Shown piece by piece: positions 63,714 to 64,000 of a DNA stretch of 64,000 nucleotides; position 1 is the stretch's first letter, and every line of letters starts with the position of its first letter. Under the pieces are notes generated by a model that was given only the letters and a program-made list of their open reading frames with translations, searched no databases and was not told the origin of the DNA. Origin of the DNA: Klebsormidium nitens (Eukaryota; Plantae; Klebsormidiophyceae); contig DF236971.1 in the NCBI GenBank assembly GCA_000708835.1, positions 186,001 to 250,000 of the forward strand, read 5' to 3'. A program made the position numbers and the translations under genes.

Positions 63714-64000
63714 CTGCGGCGTTCGCAAAAGGATGGTAAACAGGGTCTTCAGCGGTCCTTGCCTTTGTCCTTGTCCTCGTGTCTGCAGACGACAACGCAG
63801 ACCAGCCCGCTTCAACCGCGTACTTCTGTCCGAACCCCGCGGCACGTCAGCATTGGCTGCAGCACCTTTCCGTCAAGCCCAGATACCTGGATACGATGTT
63901 ACCAGGTACAGCCCTCTATCTTCAGTGATCTGAAGATTCCACTAAAGCCGCAAGAGCTTCCATCGACCGGCACCCTTACTTGAACGAGGGCATGGGTAAA

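Noticed and set aside
1-64000. tRNA, rRNA, snRNA or autonomous transposon genes
   Set aside because: No recognisable RNA-gene motifs and no reverse transcriptase, integrase or transposase signatures seen by eye. A covariance-model or repeat-library scan was not possible.

Overview
This is an intron-rich eukaryotic window with plant-like genes, most consistent with a streptophyte alga such as Klebsormidium (inference from gene content, intron style and GC-rich exons). Hand-spliced gene models, in order: 3' end of GDP-L-fucose synthase (+); an orphan 3-exon Pro-rich protein (-); a protein with two CEP164-type WW modules (+); RFC4 (-); a small transit-peptide plus single-LysM protein (+); a 3'-5' exonuclease/KH protein (-); an 11-exon ferric reductase FRO (-); fibrillin FBN10-like (+); a disabled 2OG-Fe(II) oxygenase fused to a SUMO-like domain (-); a conserved protein with a GWRK...AETRAK.RA core, possibly an annealing-protein fold (+); and a MYND-finger cluster (one intact + gene, two related - strand copies). 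There is a 220-N assembly gap at 40955-41174. The most striking unexplained pattern is that introns of six different loci carry tandem, progressively decaying copies of their own splice junction (3' splice site plus the first 20-70 nt of the next exon, mostly 125-155 bp period). Many keep an intact AG, and three could give in-frame insertions. All coordinates, phases and homology calls were made by eye and from memory of protein families; no database searches were run.
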